A DNA stretch of 64,000 nt from assembly GCF_009914755.1 (NCBI RefSeq), contig NC_060931.1; one strand, 5' to 3'. A model generated the notes under the pieces. The model was not told the DNA's origin, made no database searches, and saw only the letters and a program-made list of their open reading frames with translations. The position numbers were made by a program, and so were the translations under genes. Below are positions 12,709-25,619 of this stretch, in pieces. Within the stretch, counting starts at the first letter, position 1, and each line of letters begins with the position of its first letter. Source of the DNA: the human T2T-CHM13v2.0 reference genome, Homo sapiens.

Positions 12709-14112
12709 GAAGTAAGCATGTTTTAAGCAAGGCTTCTCTTTAATTATTGTCTGAGTTTCACATAAAGTCTGCTTCATCAACTGGATAAATATTTGACTGC
12801 TGTTCAGTAAATTGCATTAGTTTACTTTAACTGTATGCTCAGCCTTATTCAGGCATCCTACATTAGGCAATGTAGTGTGTAATGCATCTCTGCAGGTGAC
12901 CAGAGCTATTCTCCGTATGAGGTAAATTAAAACTCATATTTTAAAAATTAAACATTCTTGCACTTCATGATTTCAATATTTAATTATAACCTGTGTCAAG
13001 GCCTAATCTCTGACTGAGTCAGGCATGAAATTAATCAAAAAAAGAGGCAAAAGCTTAGCAATTCTTCTACACTGTAAAAATAATGTGGTTTCTTTAGTCA
13101 CACAGTGATGTTCCTGATATTCTTATCCATTTTATGAGGAAGACTCTGATATGCAGTAAGTTAGTAGGTATATGATGACAGTGACCTGTTCAGAAAAAAT
13201 CAGTAAGATGAAAGAATATTTATTAATTTTAGTAGGAAACAAAACCTCTTTTTTTAAAAAAAGATTAAATGATTAATTATTGACCTTATTGAAAGAGCTA
13301 ATAGGATATAAAGTTAATGTATTAATATCTTGTGTGGAACAAAAATGAAATATATCCAATAGTATATTTGTTATAACTGTCATGTTTGTTCCCATTTATA
13401 CTTTATATCAGTTTTTCAAAAACTGCTTGTATGAAAGGATTAACACATTTTTCCAAGGAAGGCGTGCTTACAAAAATAATAAAATACATTATTGCAAGTT
13501 TTATTCCTACAAGAATTTGCATAGATTATAGGATTATATTGATCAAAAGAGGAAAGTACCACATTAGAGAAGGGAAATAAATGTATCAAGGTTAGTTAGT
13601 AGAATTAGATAGCATTAAGCCAGTGATTTCACAGCAACATGTACAGGTTACCAAGTCATTGTGATGAAATAGGGAAGTTAAGGGAGATGATCACATTATT
13701 TTCCTCATCAGAAGAGCAAGGTAAACTGAAATACTATTAAAGTTTGACAACATGGAGCAGAAAACATAATTGAGCCTTGTTGGTTTAATTCTTCCCATGG
13801 TTAAATGAGTTGATTACTTATGCAATGAAAATGAAAAAGTCACAGGTAAATTAAATAAATAGTAAGCAGACCTGGAGGAATACGTATCTTCATTTGGTCT
13901 ACCTTGAGGAAGTCTGGGATCAGTTTACAGAGTAGGCAGAGAAAATGAACATGAAGGGATGAACTTGTATCTAAACAGGTTGTTCTGACCCTGTGAGCTC
14001 TGGAGCACCTTGGATTTTGCAGTTCTAATGCTTGTCCCACTAGTTTTTGTTGTAGTATTCTGAAGCATTGGCTCTACTTGTAACACAAATAAATAAAAAA
14101 TAATAATAAAGC

Positions 14113-14476
14113 TATATCAGTCCATTCTCACACTGCTATAAAAATACTACCTGAGACTGGGTAATTTATAAAGGAAAGAGGTTTAATCGACTCACTGTTA
14201 CGCATGACTAGGGAGGTGTCAGGAAACTTACAATCATGGTGAAAGGCAAAGGAGAAGCAAGCACCTCCTTCACTAGGTGGCAGGAGAGAGAGAGCGCAGG
14301 GGAAACTGTCACTTTTAAACCATCAGATCTCGTGAGAACTCCCTCACTATCACAAGAACAGCATGGTGAAAACCACCCCCATGATCCAATCACCTCCCAC
14401 CACGTCCTTCCCTTGACATGTGGGGATTACAATTCAAGATGAGATTTGGGTGGAGACACAGAGCCAAACCACATCA
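14113..14476 (-). mobile_element. THE1D-like MaLR solo LTR
   Basis: gagactgggtaatttataaaggaaagaggtttaat...gagatttgggtggagacacagagccaaaccacatca. Perfect 5-bp TSD AAAGC. Confidence 0.95.
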
Positions 14477-15138
14477 AAAGCCTAACATATATAACTAGAC
14501 TAAAAATGAAATAAAGTTCTTCAAGGTTTGGAAAGAGATTAGAAGCACAAGCAGTGAATAAAGCTGACACCACAGGCCTGCTGAGTTAGAAGTGGGCAGT
14601 GGCAGCCTGGAAGTACATGGATTGGCAGTCCATATGAGATGAGGTCTTAAGCCAGGCTTTCTGTTGGCTGAGGTGAGGCTCTTCTGCATTTGAAAGGAGC
14701 TCAAGAAAACTGTTGCCATTATCTGCCTGGGGCTTCACCTTACGGAATGTCACACATACAGGGTTGAAAGAGGAGGGGCCATGGGGTGAAACATTCCTAT
14801 ATGCTCATGTCTAGAAAATGAACTCAGTTGTTTCATAGCTTGGTGGCTGGATCTGTTATAGTTACTGCTTCTTAACAAGGAAATAGTCACAAATTTCCAC
14901 TGTAAACCCAATTGTGAACTGAGGATGAGGTGAAGAAAGACTAGGAGAAATTACAAAATTCCTACTCTGGATAGGGTGAAGAAAGATGGAGAGAGAAAGA
15001 GAAAGAGAAGGAGAAAGAGAGAGAGAGAGAGAGAGAAAATCAAACTAAATCCAACCAATTTTTTTCCATTCAAATCAACCAAAATAAAATTACAAAACAG
15101 ACAAAGAAAGCTACACTAAAAAAGAATAAAACAAACAC

Positions 15139-15462
<324 letters not shown>

Positions 15463-16299
15463 TCATATAAAGAGAATATAATGAAAAATCTCAAAGTCTT
15501 TTTAAGTTGATTATATAGGCAGTGGCCAAAGAAACAAAAGAAGGTTTAATACTATATAAACAGTAGTAGAAGTTAAGAAAGGGAAACAAATAGAAATGAA
15601 ACAGAAACAGATACTTATGAGAAAAATAAATCTTGGAAATAAAAAATACAACTATTGAAATAAAAAGTAAATGAATAAGGTAAACTGTAGGCTGGATACA
15701 ATCAAGGGGGAATTGATAAATTGAAATGCATTAATAATAAATTCATGACCAAACAAGACAGAGAGAAAAATAACATGAAATCTCACTTCAGAGCCATGGA
15801 GAATAGAAAAAAAAGGTTTGATAGGCAATTCAGAGGAAAAGAATGAAAAGACCAACAGTTACATCATATTTGAAGCTAAATAGATAAAAAAATTTCAGAT
15901 ATGAAAAAAACTGAAACCTGAGATCAAAATTTCACTTCACATGTTAATCAGAAGAAGAAACAGGAAAAAACAAAACACATCTATACCTAGATATGTTGTG
16001 GTTAAACAACATAATGCCAAAAATAAAGAGAAAAACTTTAAGATGATAAAAAAAAACAGATGATTTACAAAATATAACAGTTAAACTGACAGCAACAATG
16101 GCAAAAATAGGACCAGAAATAGCAAAATAGTATTTTCAAGATAGTTGTTAATTAGAATTTTATACCCAACTCAACTATTATTTAAAACTGAGGGATAAAT
16201 AAAATTATTTTGTGTCTGTAAATACTTTACGTCCACACACATTCTCCAAATCAGCTGCTAAAAATATACTCATAGGAAAAACATTACATACAAAAAACA

Positions 16300-17592
16300 A
16301 CAATGAAGTGGATCGTAGATCTGACGTAAAATGCAAAACTGTAACAGTCCTAGAAATAACACAGGAGAAAATCCAGGTGACCTTGAGCTTTGTGATAACT
16401 TTCTAGATACAACACTAAAGGCATGGTCCATAAAAGAAATAATTGACAAGTTGGACATCATTACAATGAGAAACTTCTCCTTGGAAAAAGACTCTGTCAA
16501 GGGAATGAGAAGGCAAGCCACAAACTAAGAGAAAATCTTAGTAAAAGACATATCTAATAAAGGACTGTTATGCAAAATGTGAAAAGAATTCTTAAAGTTC
16601 AACATTAAGAAAATGAACAAACCAATAAAAGATGAGCAAAAGGTCTGAAAAGAAACCTCACCAAACAGAAATATAGATGACAAATAAGTATATGAAAAGA
16701 TGCTCCATGTCATATGTCACTAGGGAAATGCAAATTAAGCACACATATTAGAATGGCCAAAATCCGAAATGCTGTGAACACTCATGCTAGAATATGGAGC
16801 AACAGGAGCTCCCCTTCATTGCTGGTGGGAATGCAAAATGGTACAGCCAATTTGTAGTACATTTTGATAGTTTGTTATGAAACTAAACATACTCTTACCC
16901 TAGGATCCAGCAATCATACTTCTTTGGAATTTACCCAAATAAATTGAAAACTTATGTCTGTATGGGAACTTGGACACAGATGTTTCAAGAAGCCTTATCA
17001 TAATTGCCAAAACTCACAAGCAATCAAGATGTCCTCCCAAAGGTGAATGAATAAATAAAGTGTTACATCCAGAAAATAGGGTATTATTCAGCACTAAAAA
17101 GAAAAGAGTTACCAAACCATGGAAAAAAAAAGAAGGAAACTTCAATGCATATTACGAAGGGATTGAAGCCAATCGGAACAGTTACATACAGTATAGTTCC
17201 AGTTATATGACATTCCACTAAAGGCAAAACTATGGAGGCACTAAAAAGGATTAGTTGTTTTCAGGGTTTAGAGGAAGGAAAGGATAAATAGAGCACTGAG
17301 AATTTTTGGAGCAGTGAAACTGTTCTGTATGATACGATAATGTCATACATTTGTCAAAACTATAGCATGTATAACACCAAGGGTAAATCCTAATGTAAAC
17401 TGTGAATTTTGGGTGATAATGATGTGTCAATTTAGGTTCATAGATTGTAACAAATATACCATTTTGCTGTGGAAAGTTGATAATGGGGGAGGCTGCATGT
17501 GTGGGGGCAGAACGTACACATGAACTCTATACTTTCTGCTCAACTTTACTATGCACATAAAATTGCTCTAAAAAATAAAGTCTATTACAAAA
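16300..17592 (+). mobile_element. L1MC1/2-type 3' portion
   Basis: ORF2 end (cattgctggtgggaatgcaaaatggtacagcc) followed by the L1MC 3' UTR ending ctctaaaaaataaagtctatt. Confidence 0.9.
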
Positions 17593-18403
17593 GTATAAAC
17601 ATGGCAAAAATAGGTAACAAAATTTAATTAACTTGTGGCTATTAAAATAATCACCAATTTTTGCATTAAAAATGATAAAAATAAATACAAATGTACACTG
17701 CAAAAACAAACAGAAAGTGTTTATTGCACTGTTAATGCAAGCTAAATTTCTTGTTATGTTCAGGAAGAGGACTGAAATTCTGAAGAACATTAAGAAGTTT
17801 TAGGAAAATTCAGAGTTAAGCATGTTTTAGTACTTAAACATTTTTGTTTAAATTTTATAGATATCTGCCTGAATGTGATACATTTCTTCTAAATCTGTAC
17901 AGGGAAAAAGTGAAAAACTCTATCAATACAACAGAAAAGAAGAAAAGCAAAAGCAAAGAAAAATAATGATTGCTAGAAAACACAAAATAAATTGTTAAAA
18001 AAGTGCCAAATATATGGTATCATACTATACATAAATGTATTGAACTTATGTAATATAATACAGAGAATATCATATTAAATATAGAGACTATAGAGACTTG
18101 TTTAGAACAAAGTGAGAGAAAAGGGAGAGGGAAGAAAAAAGATATATTAGTCAAATACAAACTAAAAGGAAGCAAATATAACAATGTTAATATTTGACAA
18201 AATGGAATTTAAGACAAAAAGCATTTGTAGGGACACTACATCATAATAAAGAATCCATCCATCAAAAATATAATACTCATAAACCTCTATGCTTTTAACT
18301 ACATAGTGTTACAAAAGTTGTAAATAAAAACTATTAAAATCACAAAGTTAAAATTAACATACACATAATCATAAAAGCTTATGTCAAATGTAAAATAAGC
18401 ATA

Positions 18404-18585
18404 TGTCAAAACCATAGAATGTATAACACTAAGAGTAAATCCTAATGTAAACTGTGAATTTTAGGTGATAATGATGGGTCAATGTAGGTTAATAGACTGT
18501 AACAAATGTACCACTTTTCTGTGGAAAGTTAATAATGGGGGAGGCTGCATGTGTGGGGGCAGTAAGTACACAGGAACTCTCTACT
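18404..18585 (+). repeat. Local copy of 17352-17533 (L1MC 3' UTR segment)
   Basis: Ungapped alignment at offset 1052 bp, about 17 mismatches in 182 bp. Confidence 0.9.
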
Positions 18586-19534
18586 CCCTTTCTATATGCA
18601 GAACGTAGAAGATATAGCTAACAAAATTACAAACTTTAACTAATATATATAATTAGAAATCTGTACTAAACAAATAAATACGTTTTTCATAAAGAAGATG
18701 TCAACATATTTCAAAGGATTGATAATAGACAGACTTATGTTCTTAAATTAGAAAATCAGAGTGAAAGATAATAAAAATTTAAAAAGATTCACATATGTTG
18801 GGGAGCTTAAAAAAACTCCCCAATAATTTATAATGTAACTAACTTGAGTAGTTGAGAAAACATCATCAAAAACATCAAAATAAAATATAAAATTATAAAA
18901 ATCATGCTCACAAGAATATCACTGTATTGCCATATTCCTCAAATTAATCTGTCATTTGTAATAAAATCCAATTAGCATTTTTAATGGAACTTGAAAATCT
19001 GATCCTAAAATTCACATGGAAGAAAAAAAGTACAAAGTAATTTTGAAGAAAACAAAAAGGGCAATTACCTTTTGAGGTATCATGATATTATACCTCTACA
19101 ATAATTAAAAGAGGGTAGTATTGGCTCATCGATATTAAAACAGACCAGTGTCTATAGACAGATCAGAAATAGACCTAGAATATATATCACGTATGAAGGA
19201 AGTGACATTATATATAATTGTTGGTAAATGAGTTATTCAATAAAATATGATCAGATTCACATTGGAAAAAAAGAGATTTCCTACCTTGTACCACAAAGTA
19301 AGTTTCCTCTATTGAAAAATTTACTGTGAAATTCTCAAGAGAAAATAAACTATATTATTGAAATTGGAGTAAGAAACACATTTCTTGTAACAGGGACACA
19401 AAATCATAAACCATATAGAAAATTATTGATAAAATCTATTCATTGATAAGTAAAATTTCTATATAACAAAAGACATGAAAAGCAAAGTTAAAATTCAAAA
19501 CTGGAAAAAAGATATTTGAAGATAAAACTGGGAG

Positions 19535-19535
<1 letters not shown>

Positions 19536-19566
<31 letters not shown>
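19536..19566. repeat. (TG)n microsatellite
   Basis: Read directly. Confidence 0.95.
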
Positions 19567-19569
<3 letters not shown>

Positions 19570-19779
19570 TGTTGTGTGTATCTGAAAAAATGAATATCCA
19601 CAATATTTAAAATATTTACATAATATAAAACAAAAGACAACTGAATGAAAAACAAACAGAAGTTAACCATTCTAAAGGTTATTACAGAAACACAAATTTA
19701 AAACAACTGTGAAATATAATTTCATACCCAACAGGTAGAAAACAATAGAAAATCTGACAATATTGAATGTTGTTCAAGA

Positions 19780-20566
19780 TGAGGACTGAACTCTGACCTT
19801 TTTCTTCTGGTCCAAATTCCTGTCGAAGGGGCTGGGGAGTCACTTTGTACAAACCATAAAATTTCATCAGATAAGTTTTATTTAACCCTATATAACATGG
19901 CTTACTTTCCAACCTGACTCTGATGTAATATCACGTGACAGATAAAGAAGGTAATCAAAATATTTCACCCCCAAATACGTTTTTTGTCTTCTTTTAAAAT
20001 GTCCTGCAAAACTGTTCTTGTTGGGAAAAATTGGTTCTGTAAAGAATCTCTGCTAACATAACTAGATCTCTCCCCCTTCTAGGCCCTCCCAATTCTGAAG
20101 AGATTAACTGGGAGTCTAGCCCCTTTTAGAGGAAGAATAGGAAATATTTGCCATCTGTTGTCTCTAATGGCTGCCACTGATAAGGCTTCATGTACATAAT
20201 AAGAACCCTGGTCTGCACAATCCCTTATCTTGACCCAGACACTCATTTCTATTGATTCCAGGCCTTTAGATAATAACTTTCAAATAACTGCCAATTAGAA
20301 AATCTTTGAATCCATGTATGAACCTATGACCTGTAAACTCCCTATCCTTTTGAGTTGTTCCACCTTTCTGAACCAATGCATGCCCCACATATTTTATTTG
20401 ATGTCTTATGACTCTCTTAAATGTATAAAACCTGCCTGTAGCCTGATCACCTTGGGCACATGTTCCCAGGATATCCTGGGTGCTGTGTTACAGGTCATAG
20501 TCCTCACATTTGACTCAGAATAAATCCCTTCAAATATTTTACATAGTTCAACTCTTTTCATCAACA
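19780..20566 (+). mobile_element. MER4-family (MER4E-like) ERV1 solo LTR
   Basis: TG...CA ends (tgaggactgaactctga / tcttttcatcaaca), AATAAA at 20519 and a perfect 4-bp TSD AAGA. Confidence 0.92.
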
Positions 20567-20750
20567 AAGATAAGGAGAAATAAAAATTCTCAAACCATTT
20601 TGGAGAGTAATTTGGCAATAGCTAGTAAATGTGAAGACACACATATCCTCTGATCCTACATTTCTGTATCTTGTGCTAGATTGTTGTCATTACATTTATT
20701 TTAATAGTGAAAATGTGGCAATAACCTAAGTATGTTTAACAGCATTAATA

Positions 20751-21340
20751 TGTGAACCCCAAAGTATCTGAGACAGGTCTTAATCGATTTAGAAAGTTTA
20801 TTTCGCCAAAGTTAAGGATGCACCCGAGACCTAGCCTCAGGAGGTCCTGATGACATCTGCCCAAGGTGGTTAGGGTACAGCTTGCTTTTGTACATTTTAG
20901 GGAGATATAATATATTAATCAATACATGTACAATGTACATTGGTTCAACCTGGAAGGGTGGGACAACTAGAATTGGGAGGGGCTTCCAGGTCATAGGTAG
21001 ATTTAAAATGGTTTTGATTGGTAATTTGTTGAAAGAGTTATCATCAAGATAGGAATGTCTGGGTTATAATAAAGAGTTGTGGAGACCAAGGTTTTATCAT
21101 GCAGATGAAGCCTACAAGTAGAAGGCTTTAGAGAAAATACATTGTACATGTTCCTTATCAAATTTAAGGTCTGTGTTGATATTAATGCTGGAGGTTATAA
21201 TGAGGCTCGTCTGATCCCTCTTCCATCATAGCCTGAATTATTTTATCAGGTTAACTCTGGAATGCCCTTGGAAGAGAGGAGGGGTCCATTCAGATGGTTG
21301 AAGGAGAGGGGAGGGCTTAGAATTTTATTTTCGGTTTACA
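20751..21340 (-). mobile_element. MER4-family (MER4B-like) ERV1 solo LTR
   Basis: tgtgaacccc...ctgagacaggtct...cttagaattttattttcggtttaca is the reverse complement of the MER4 TGTAAACC...AAAATTCTAAG start. Confidence 0.92.
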
Positions 21341-22391
21341 ATATATTGTGGCGATTCATATGTGAAATAATATATAATGGTTAAATTTGTAAGTTAGAGC
21401 TACATATATGAAGTTGTTGATAAAATATTGAAAAATGTTCAGCAAACATGAAAATATATTGTAGAATGATGCATGTAGTAAGGTACCATTAATAAAGCTT
21501 TAAAACATGCAATATTGTAGACTTCATGGATTCATCCTTGAATAAAATTACAATGTTCACATAATTGCAAAAACAAAGGGAAATAGGATTGAATTGAGGC
21601 ACATAGAAGGATTCACGTGCAGCTGTAATGTTTTTTAAAAATATCTGAAGCAAATATGGCTAAATGTCAAGTTTTGGTAAACATAGGTGTGAATAAAGAG
21701 AGTTTATTATCTTATGTGCCATATATTTCACATTTGAATAAAGAAAAGAGATTATTTCTACTTTTTCAGATGTAGTTATTAGCCCATGTTCATGACTCTT
21801 CTTTAATGCTTGTAGGTTTTCCCCTCTTTCATTTCCAGATTAAGAATCTGACTTATATCTAAACCCAGTGTAAGACCTGAAGAAGCACATGTGGTAAACC
21901 TGTTTCAATGCAGAAAGCACGTAGGGCAAATGATAGCATAACTACTTATCACATAATGTTGGAAATTTATAGTGCCAAATCCTAGGACAAAGAGTTTATG
22001 AAAGGAAAGGAAAAAAGTGCATGAGAGAAAATAATAAAACAAAGGAGCCAACTCTTTATCAATGTAATAATAAAGGCACAGCCTTTCCACACATTTGCCG
22101 TTTCCCCTCAAAGGACACGTTGCTCAGATCATAATTTCATAAGCTGTTTCAGATATTCAAATTCACTTTCAAGAAGGCCTACATACACAGACGAGTTTTT
22201 GCAGTTGTTTTATTTGTAATTAACAGTAAACTCCAAAGTTGTAAGTTAGTCATAACATAGCTTCCTACATAGAGTTTCAGGTTTTGCCTATGTAAGTCAG
22301 AAATACCCAGATGAGAACACTAAGTTCTGTTATAGTCCAACTTACTGATTCATCTCTTTTCTTTGGTGATTTGCAAACTGGGATTATGAAA

Positions 22392-22392
<1 letters not shown>

Positions 22393-22450
<58 letters not shown>

Positions 22451-22753
22451 TCCTTCTTTCTTTCTTTCTCTCTTTCTTTTTCTTTTGACAGGATGTCACT
22501 CTGGACTGCAGTGGCAGGAGCACAGCTCATTGCAGCTTTGACTTTCCTGGCTCAAGTAATCCTTCTGCCTCAGTATCCTGAGTAGCTGGGGCCACAGGCA
22601 TGCACCACCATACCCAGCTAATTTTTATTTTTAGTATAGATGAGGTTTCACTATGTTGCTCAGGCTGGTCTTGAACTCTTGGGCTCAAGCCATCCTCCTG
22701 CCTCAACCTCCCAAAATGTTAGGATTATAGGTGTGAGCCACATTGCCTGGGCT
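22393..22753 (-). mobile_element. AluJ with (TTTC)n microsatellite tail
   Basis: (TTTC)n at ~22393-22480, followed by an antisense J-type dimer. Confidence 0.93.
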
Positions 22754-22843
22754 CTCTGGCTTATTTTTAATCCAAACCAGTCATTTTATGATTCACAATT
22801 TGTGAGAAGGTGAAAATACTAACTTCAGATGCATATGTTAGGT

Positions 22844-23093
22844 CAGTGCTTCTCAAATTTTAGGCTGCAACCCATTAGTGGTTTGGGACAAATTAGTAGT
22901 TGTGAAAGAAATTAGTGGATTGCAACCAGAATTTCTAAAAATAAAAAAAAGAAAAGAAAAAAATAGAGAATATCCAAATGCATAGCACATTATAAGGATA
23001 CATAATGGTATTATTCCAGATACATATATAGCTGAAATACAATGTAAAATATATTCCTTACTGTGGCCCACAATCAAATTTTAAAAGTCAATG
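22844..23093. mobile_element. MER112-like hAT-Charlie MITE
   Basis: cagtgcttctcaaa...gcaacccattagtgg...aatgtaaaatatattccttactgtgg. Confidence 0.75.
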
Positions 23094-23609
23094 TAGTGGG
23101 GGGATTAACTGGATCTAGTTGGGACATCAGACTCTCTTTCAAACTGATAAAATAAAGAGCATACCCTCAGATCAAAGAGTTGTTATTCTTTGAAAATACT
23201 AAAATTGTCATTGACTCATGAGAAATCTCAATAGGGAACTGGCGGAGATTTTTTATCTGTTAGAATTTCTACCTCCTCTCCTATCGCCAAAAAGAAACTG
23301 TCCTCAAATGGCTGTCCTAATTGCTGACAGTGTTATAATCTTTTTCAGAAGCTTAAATTGTTATTATTTTTTCCTTCTCAATTTTAGTATGTTGAATGGA
23401 GAAAAATTGGTCAAGTCAGTTATTTGTATAATATGAGGAAAAGAACACTCAAATGGGTTTTTAGTTTTTTTTATTAATTATTTTGATTTCTTGGACACCT
23501 CGTTTAAATGTTTACCATAACCACCAAAATAATAATCTAAAATATTCATAATAAATAACACTTTTGACTACTTATGTACCAAGAGCTTTATTATTTCCCA
23601 TTCTAGCTA

Positions 23610-23770
23610 GATCGCTAAGTATCATTCCAGGAAGGCATTCAAAATATGATTCCCAGCCCTCTCCCTGTACCCTATGATCCAGATCCATGTCTGGTATGGG
23701 GCCCAAAAACTTATTATTTAGAAAGCATGCTAGGTGATTGTCATTCTCAGACAAGTTTGTGGGAAAACTA
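23610..23770. mobile_element. MER5-family MITE inserted in a MIR
   Basis: gattcccagccc...tggggcccaaaaac...ctaggtgatt...aagtttgtgggaaaactac. Confidence 0.6.
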
Positions 23771-23774
23771 CCTT

Positions 23775-23920
23775 GTATCTTTTTACCCTCACAAAAAAGC
23801 TCTTGGAAGTAGATTTTATTATCCTCATTTTACAGGTGAGGAAAACGGAACCTTGCATAGATTAGGCAATCTGCCTCAAGTTACCCAGAGAGAAAATGTT
23901 GAAGCAGGAATCTACATGCA
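23775..23920 (-). mobile_element. MIR
   Basis: ttattatcctcattttacaggtgaggaaaac...ctgcctcaagttaccca. Confidence 0.75.
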
Positions 23921-24454
23921 AGAATCTCATAGAGACTCCAACTCTCACCACAGACTGCAACCAGGTAAGTAGTTTGGCCACGTTTGGGCAATTTGCACTG
24001 TTCAATGATTATGCAAGTCCCCTTTCCCAGTCTAACTTTCCTAAAACCCCAAGCCCTGCCCCCTGGACAAGAATGCTGTGTCCCCATCAGTCTCTCTTCC
24101 TTCTCTTTTCCTCAGCTCTTCTTGTGATGTAAGAGCTTGTTATGAAGCAGAGGATTCCATCTACTCCTTAAAAAGTAGGATGACCCCTTTAAAGTCCTCA
24201 AAATGGTGTTGCTGCAGGTAATCTTTTTGCAATCTGGAGGGTTGCCTGTAACTATGGTTTCAGAAATACATCATCTTTCAGAGAAAGCAACCTCCCTACA
24301 GTGCGGCTTTACAGCTGTGAACAGCAGCTATGCTTTGACTGTTAAACTTTCTTAGATATTATTGATAGCCAGTGCTTCTCAAGGCATTAATAAAACCTGG
24401 AGACAAGAAGGAAACACTGAGGGTAAGTGACCATCTTTGTTATCATTATTGAAG

Positions 24455-25330
24455 AATTGTTGCCATAAAACATACAACATGTGAAATGCAAGGTTTCAAA
24501 TCTGTATAGTGTTTAGTATATTCACAATGTTGTGCAAACTTAACCTCTATCTAGTTCTAAAACATTTTCATCAACTCCACAGGAGACTCTCTGCTTATTA
24601 AGCAGTTGTTCCCTGTCCTCCCAGTCCCTGGCAATTCTAATGGGTTTGCCTATTCTGAATATTTCATATGAATGGAATCATAAAATATGTGAACTTCTGT
24701 GTCTGGCTTCTTCACTTAGCATGTTTTCAAGTTTCATACACATCATAGTATATTTCAGAACTTCATTCCTTCTAATGGCTGAATACTCTTTCATTGTGTG
24801 GTTAAGCTACAATTTGTTTAACCATACCCATTCATCTGTTGATGGAAATTTGGGTTGTTTCCAACTTTTGGCTATTGTGAATAGTGCTGCTGTGAACATT
24901 TGTGTGCAAATATTTGTTTGAATACCTGTTTTTAATTCTTTTGGATATATACTTAACAGTGGAATTGCTGGGTCAAATGGAAATTCTGTAATTAACTTCT
25001 TAAGGAATCACTAAACTGTTTTCTATAGCCACTGCTCCATTTTACATTCATACAAGCAGTGTATGAGGGGTTCCAATTTCTCCACATTTTTGCTAACATA
25101 ACATTTGTCTTCCCTTCTTTTTTATTTTCTCTTTCTCCCTCCCTCTCTCTTTCCTTCCTTTCTCTCTCCCTCCCTCTCTCCCTCCTGATTCCAGCTTTTC
25201 TAGTGGGTTTGAAAGAGTATCTCATTGTGCTTTGGTTCACATTTCCCTAATGGCTAATAATGTACATGTTTTCATGTACTTGTTGGCCATTTGTATATAT
25301 TTTCTTTGAAGAAATGTTACTTCAAGTCTG
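24455..25330 (-). mobile_element. L1MB-type LINE-1 3' portion
   Basis: tttagtatattcacaatgttgtgcaa...ttttggctattgtgaatagtgctgctgtgaacatt...ggaattgctgggtca. Confidence 0.9.
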
Positions 25331-25400
25331 CAGTGTAACTCTTGGATCCTCTTTTCACACTGAGGCCTCTCTTGCCTTGTCTTCCCCATATGCAGTAAAG

Positions 25401-25619
25401 ATGGTGATGATGATAGCTGCCAAAAGCCAGGCACAAGGCTAAATACTTTAGATGCATTATCTCGTTTAATTCTTTCGTGTTTATCTCCATTTTAAAGATA
25501 AGGAAACTGAGGCACAGAGAGGTTAAGTTGAACGTGGGTCATTAAAAATCAAGAGGTGGAGACTGATTTCAAAGCCTGTTCTTTCTGATTTGAAAAGTTC
25601 CATGCTCTTAACCTCTGCC
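25401..25619 (-). mobile_element. MIR
   Basis: ccattttaaagataaggaaactgaggcacagagaggttaag. Confidence 0.85.

Larger units (their letters stand above)
15600..21750 (+). mobile_element. Ancient, heavily decayed L1ME-type element (ORF1 remnant to 3' UTR) interrupted by L1MC, a local duplication and two MER4 LTRs
   Basis: ORF1-like ttagaattttatacccaac, ORF2-like gaacttgaaaatctgatcctaaaattcacatggaag and 3' UTR-like atatctgaagcaaatatggc occur in collinear order on an A-rich strand. Confidence 0.65.

Noticed and set aside
12519-12730. Internally repeated 29-aa Cys/His peptide resembling a zinc-finger array
   Set aside because: It is a by-product of the 87-bp duplication and lacks C2H2 spacing or a TGEKP linker.
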